Below, one piece after another: positions 57,831-64,000 of a stretch of DNA of 64,000 bases. The notes under the pieces were generated by a model. That model saw only the letters and a list, made by a program, of their open reading frames with translations. It had not been told where the DNA came from and did not search any database. Every line of letters starts with the position of its first letter. Position 1 is the first letter of the stretch. The DNA is taken from the NCBI RefSeq assembly GCF_009914755.1, contig NC_060929.1; one strand, 5' to 3'. The position numbers were made by a program, and so were the translations under genes. Source of the DNA: the human T2T-CHM13v2.0 reference genome, Homo sapiens.

Positions 57831-58430
57831 TGAGATGGTTAATTTTAGTGTCAACTTGACTGGATTAATGCATGTCTAGAGAGCTGGTAAAGCATTATTT
57901 CTGAGTGTGTCTGTAAGGGTGTTTCCAGAGGAGATGTATTTGTGAGTCAGTGGACTGAGTGGGGAAGATCTGCCTTGACTGGGGGAGAAGTGGGGGGTGG
58001 GCACCATTCAATCAGCTGGAAGCCAAGACAGAACAAAAACGGCAGAGGAAAAGCAATTTCCTCTCTCTATCCTGGAGCTGGGACACTCTTCTCCTGTGCT
58101 TGGACATCAGAACTCCAGTTTCTTTGGTCTTTGGACTCTGGGACTTGAATCAGTGTAGTATCCTGCCTCCTACCTCGACTCTCAAGCCTTCAGCCTTATA
58201 CTGAGAGTTTCACCACTAGCTTCCTTGGTTCTGAACCTTTCTGACCTGGACTGAGCCACAGTACCTGCATCCTGAGGGTCTCCACCTTGCAGATGACCTG
58301 TTGTGGGACTTCTCAGCCACCAGAATCATGTCATCCGATTCCCCTAATAAATCCCCTCTCATGTATCCATATCTATCTGTATACCTATATTCTATGGATT
58401 CTGTCTCTCTGGAGAACACTGATTTATGCA
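57831..58430 (+). mobile_element. ERVL LTR (MLT2B-like)
   Basis: tgagatggttaattttagtgtcaacttgactggattaa...ttctgtctctctggagaacactgatttatgca. Confidence 0.9.
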
Positions 58431-58872
58431 ATTATGAACTCTATCCAAACTCTGGCCTTTCTTCTGTCTGCCTCTTCAGTTTCTTTTTTGGGTGGCAGGA
58501 AAACAATGGCTCCTTCTTAGGAATACAATTGGATTTTTATGAAGGTGCCTTAGTGCCGATAAAGGATTATTGGTGTGGGACCTTTGAAAAGAATGAAACT
58601 GGTGGGAGTAGCTTAGAGGCCAATGTCTTTGATTGGGTCCCCACACAGCCTCTAGAGGAAGCAATGCAGGAAGGATTGAAATTAACCAAAAAAGAGGGAC
58701 TGCTTTAGCATTTGCTATGATCTAGCACTATGTTCAGTGCTTGCCCCTTTGTTATTTTATTCAGTGGTGGAATATGTGATACAATATGTTCTCATGTACG
58801 TTTCCTGAGCCTGTCATGTCTTACATCATTTAGGTCCTTGGACATTCTTCTCAACTTGACAGTCTCATATTA

Positions 58873-59345
58873 TGACACATTGGGTTTCCATGAAAGTAAA
58901 GTCTGAGACAAGGACCTGGGTGCAGGCAGTTTGTTTGGGAGATAATCCCAGGAAGTAGCATGCAGGAATGAGAAGAGTGAAAGCCAGCCTAAGGTTGTGG
59001 TATCAAGGGCATTGCTGTAGACAGTAGGGGCTCAATTCTGCTGGGATTGATGCTCAGAATGCTCCTGAGATTTGTTTGCCTGGAAGACAGGCAGGAAGCT
59101 GGGGCATCCATCCACTAGCCCTTGCCCCTTCTTGGCTGAGGATTTCTCTGAGAAGGTAACTCCCCTGCACTTGTGGACTATACCCAAGCAGACAAAATAG
59201 GCTCCTGCAGTATCAGAGAGGCTCTAAGCAGAAAAACACAGATTATGTTTGAGGTGGGGTGAGGAGAGATGGTTTCATCTAAGCTTTCATATATTATATA
59301 CCACAGCTGTCCTAAAATCAGAGGTGGTTTGTGATACAAGGTACT
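58873..59345 (-). mobile_element. Old ERVL-class LTR (LTR33/LTR16-like)
   Basis: gtctgagacaaggacctgggtgcaggcagtttgtttgggagataatcccaggaag; same family as 5503-5975. Confidence 0.6.
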
Positions 59346-59354
59346 TGAGGTGTC

Positions 59355-60250
59355 TGTCAATGAAATAATAGGAAATATATCTTGGTCTCTGCCCCCAGTT
59401 CCTGGCACAGAGCTCCTAAAACCCTTAGAGTTTCCTAAGCAGTAAGGGTGCTAGAAGTATCTTTTGTTCTAATATTTAATCTCTGCTCTGGTTACTGACA
59501 CAGAGCTCAGAATTTCCTGAGTTATAGGAGCATCTTTTGCTCTAATGCAGAGACTCTTGGTGCGCTCCTAGATGGAAGCTTCTCATGAGAAAGGCGAAGC
59601 CATTACTATAAGTTTGGAGATTTCAGCCCCACCCCTATTCTCTGGAGAAGAGAGAAGGGCTGGAAATGGTTGATAACCCATCATGCCTATGTGATTAAAC
59701 TGCTATAAAGATTCCTGAACTATGGTATTCAGAGAGCTTCCAGGTTAGTGAACACTTCTGAGTGCCAGGAAGGTGCTGCACCTCACTCAGTGGGGACAGA
59801 AGCTTCCACACTCAGGATCCTTCAAGATCTTGCCCTATGTATCTTCTCATCTGGCTGTTAACCTGGGTTTTTATTATATTCTTTATTAATAAACTAAGTA
59901 TGAATAAAGTATTTCCCTGAGTTCTCTGAGCCACTCTAGCAAATTAGTCTAATCCAGGAAAGGGTTATGGGAATCCTGGATTTATAGCCCATCATAGGTC
60001 ACAACCTGGGACTTGTGACTGGCATCTGAAGTGGAGGCAGCCTTGTAGGACTGAGGCCATAACCTGTGGGATCTGATGCTATCTCTAAGTAGGTAGTGTC
60101 GTAATCAGATTGAATTAGAGGACAACCTACTGGTGTCTGCTGAAGAATTGCTTAGTTGGTGTACGTGGAAATACTTCCACACATCTGATGTCAGAAGTGT
60201 TTTGTTAAGTGGTGTGTGAGTAGAGGGAAAACAGTTTGGTTTTTCCTCTT
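59355..60250 (+). mobile_element. MER21-family LTR
   Basis: ggtctctgcccccagttcctggcacagagctcctaaaaccctt (with an internal repeat unit)...ctgtgggatctgatgctatctc...cacacatctgatgtcagaagtg. Confidence 0.85.
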
Positions 60251-60284
60251 GCTGCTATCTTGCTTACTCTGATTCATTTACTAC

Positions 60285-60435
60285 TCCTTTTATCCATCCA
60301 TCCATTCAACCAAATGCACTTATTTAGCACCCATTCTATCCCAGGAAATGTGCTAAGCCCTAGGAACATAATGGAAAAGCAAGATATGATCCTCATATTT
60401 AAGGGGCTTATATGTTATTGAGGAAACAAATGAGT
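60285..60435 (-). mobile_element. L2 3' end
   Basis: catccatccattcaaccaaatgcacttatttagcacc...gtgctaagccctagg. Confidence 0.65.
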
Positions 60436-61465
60436 TCCTCAATAAAAAGTAGCAAGAGTCAATTTCCATTAAAAATATATCATGGACATTTGGTCTTGGA
60501 AGAGTCAGAGCAGGTTCTTCTTTCTGGAAGAAGCAAAATGTAAGGTGATGGAAAAGCTAGGTCAGGTATTACCATTAAGCCTCTTATGACTGGTCTTACG
60601 CTGTTGAATAAAAGTTAGCTGGATTGGTTGGAACTCTGATAGCTTTACCTATTAAAATTCAGCCTTTAGCAATTTCTGCCAAATAACTCATTAAGTATTA
60701 GAATTAGTTTTTTGCCATAGTTTGAATATTTGGCTGGGTAATTGTTGGTTAAGATAACATTTCCATTCTATGGCCATTTTTTCTCGATTACCATTTTATT
60801 TTTTTGGCTCTACATACACCTTTGCTGAAAAACCAAAAGCTCACCTCTGTGAATAAAGTGACCTGAGTGTTGCTGATTGTTAAACTTTTTGGCAACTTTG
60901 AAGTAAGCAAATGCCAGAGAGAACCCTTTAAGGAGGCGTGGAGTAATTAGGGGCTGCAAACTGTCAGCTACTAACAAGGTCCAAGAAGTTTCTTGCTGTG
61001 TGAGTGGATTTCCTAAGTTTGCCTGCATTGGAGTTTAAATAAAAAGCTGTTTTGGCTGCTGATGTCATGTTCCAGAATGCCCAGGTGTACTCTCCCACAG
61101 TGCAGTCACAAATGGAGACTGTTTAGCATCACTTGCTGCTGAGAGCAGCTTAAGCTTGCATCTGAGGTGTCACTTTCTGCCTACTGTGGGAAATTCTTCC
61201 CAAATGGTCCTTGGCTGGCATCTTGCCCCAGCTAAAATCGATGTAATATATAATCCTTTGAATCTGGGCATGGGGCCAGCATAGCAGGCACATAATTCTC
61301 ATGCGACAGGGAAAGATGGACATGAGGGAGCTGTACAACAGTATTTCTACAGTCACTTACACACTCTAAAATGGCAGGATCGTACTATAGAATGGACATT
61401 CGTGTTAATGATCTTTCTTCTTACCTTCATGTGGAGAGAAGATTTCCTGGGCATATCGGGAGAAA

Positions 61466-61710
61466 TTCATTCATTACTCAGTTCAACTATTCAAAAATAT
61501 TTATTGAGTTCCCACAACCTGGTAGGCACTGCTGAGACCTGAACATATGGTAGTTAACAAGATTGAGAACATCCCTGCTCTCATGGAGATTATATTCCCA
61601 TGGTAGAGGCAGGGAAGAGACATAAAACTATATAAACAAGAAAATGATCAGATTGATAAATGGCTATCTGTTAATAGAGAAGCAGGGTGATGTGATAGGT
61701 AGGGCATGGG
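61466..61710 (-). mobile_element. L2 3' end
   Basis: attcaaaaatatttattgag...ccctgctctcatggagattatattcc. Confidence 0.75.
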
Positions 61711-62399
61711 TGGATTTTCTGAACGCTGGCAGGTGTGAAATGTTGGAGCCCATTAGTGGAGCTAGAGCACTGTGGGGCATAAAAGGCTGGGTGATGGTGG
61801 ATGACCTGCATTGGTGACAATGATGTGACTGTGAGGAGTTAGGGGGAGGATCATCTGTTGGGAGAATGTGAGTAATCAACCTAATCTGGATGGGATGATC
61901 AATGGGTATGAAAGGCAAAGGGGATAAGTAAAAGTTACCTTTGAGCTGGGAGCACAAGCCTCTTAGTGGCCTGTGGTGTTGCACCTGTGAGGGCAGTCCC
62001 ACTTGCTGTGAAGAGGCCAGGATGACCCTCCTCTCCTCTTATGCAGTGTTGTATGGACTGGGACACAAGATGCAGATGCTTATTCTCACTGTGAACTGGG
62101 TGACAGAACTGAGGGCTTCTCCAGTTTTCAGGACAAGAAATCCCTTCACACACTCTGTCATCATCCTTTCCTTCAGGGATCTATTCTCCTAACACTTACA
62201 GCATCTATGACTTTATCCCTTAGGGAGGATGCATGAGCCAGGAGATGATTTTTCCACTCTATATATATGCACCTGCTATGAATGGCAGGCTGGCAAGAAA
62301 ATTTTCTGTCCCCTTCTATGGCACAGCAGAAGGCAAATGTGCATATAATTGATTATCAAAGATATGTTATAAATATCTTAAATTTTTCCTTCTTGCAAG

Positions 62400-62510
62400 T
62401 TTCTGTCCAAATGTCATCTCCTTAGAGAAGCTATTTCTCAACATCCTGTCTAAAATACCCACTTCATACCACCTATTTAGCCTCTTTTCTCTGTTATATA
62501 CTTTTACTTC
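62400..62510 (+). mobile_element. L2 fragment
   Basis: aaatgtcatctccttagagaagctatttctcaacatcctgtctaaaata. Confidence 0.55.
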
Positions 62511-62519
62511 ATTTGGGTT

Positions 62520-63960
<1,441 letters not shown>

Positions 63961-64000
63961 CATCAATAAAAGGGCTATTAGATGTTCTAATGTTGATTGC

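Noticed and set aside
58301-58708. 135-aa ORF
   Set aside because: It starts within the MLT2 LTR at a non-ATG codon, with no recognisable domain or splice context.
59380-59560. Direct repeat (cacagagctc...ttcct...atcttttg.tctaat) that might suggest an array
   Set aside because: Only two units, apparently part of the MER21 LTR structure; not CRISPR-like.

Overview
This is repeat-dense, AT-rich primate (human-like) genomic DNA, judged from Alu J/S elements, L1PA 3' ends, THE1 and LTR18. I found no supportable cellular protein-coding exon, RNA gene, CpG island or CRISPR array. The only ORFs resembling real proteins are broken LINE-1 ORF1/ORF2 pieces; the rest are Alu, microsatellite or chance ORFs. 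The window is a layered record of retrotransposons (ancient L1M/L1ME, L2, MIR, MaLR/ERVL LTRs, hAT MITEs, L1PA, Alu), separated by a few repeat-poor stretches (about 11.8-16.9, 31.7-34.7, 46.9-49.2 and 51.3-53.7 kb) that may hold enhancers. The most interesting structures are: (1) a ~6 kb L1PA7-like element with a candidate ~340 bp 3' transduction, nested in an older L1 that is itself nested in an L2; (2) an LTR18 (HERV-S) remnant that keeps a tRNA-Ser primer-binding-site fragment fused to a second copy of U5-like sequence; (3) a twin-primed (5'-inverted) L1; and (4) microsatellites born inside retroelement poly(A) tails. I do not see evidence for a novel biological system. Subfamily names come from recalled consensus sequences and need RepeatMasker/Dfam confirmation. 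Boundaries of old elements are approximate.
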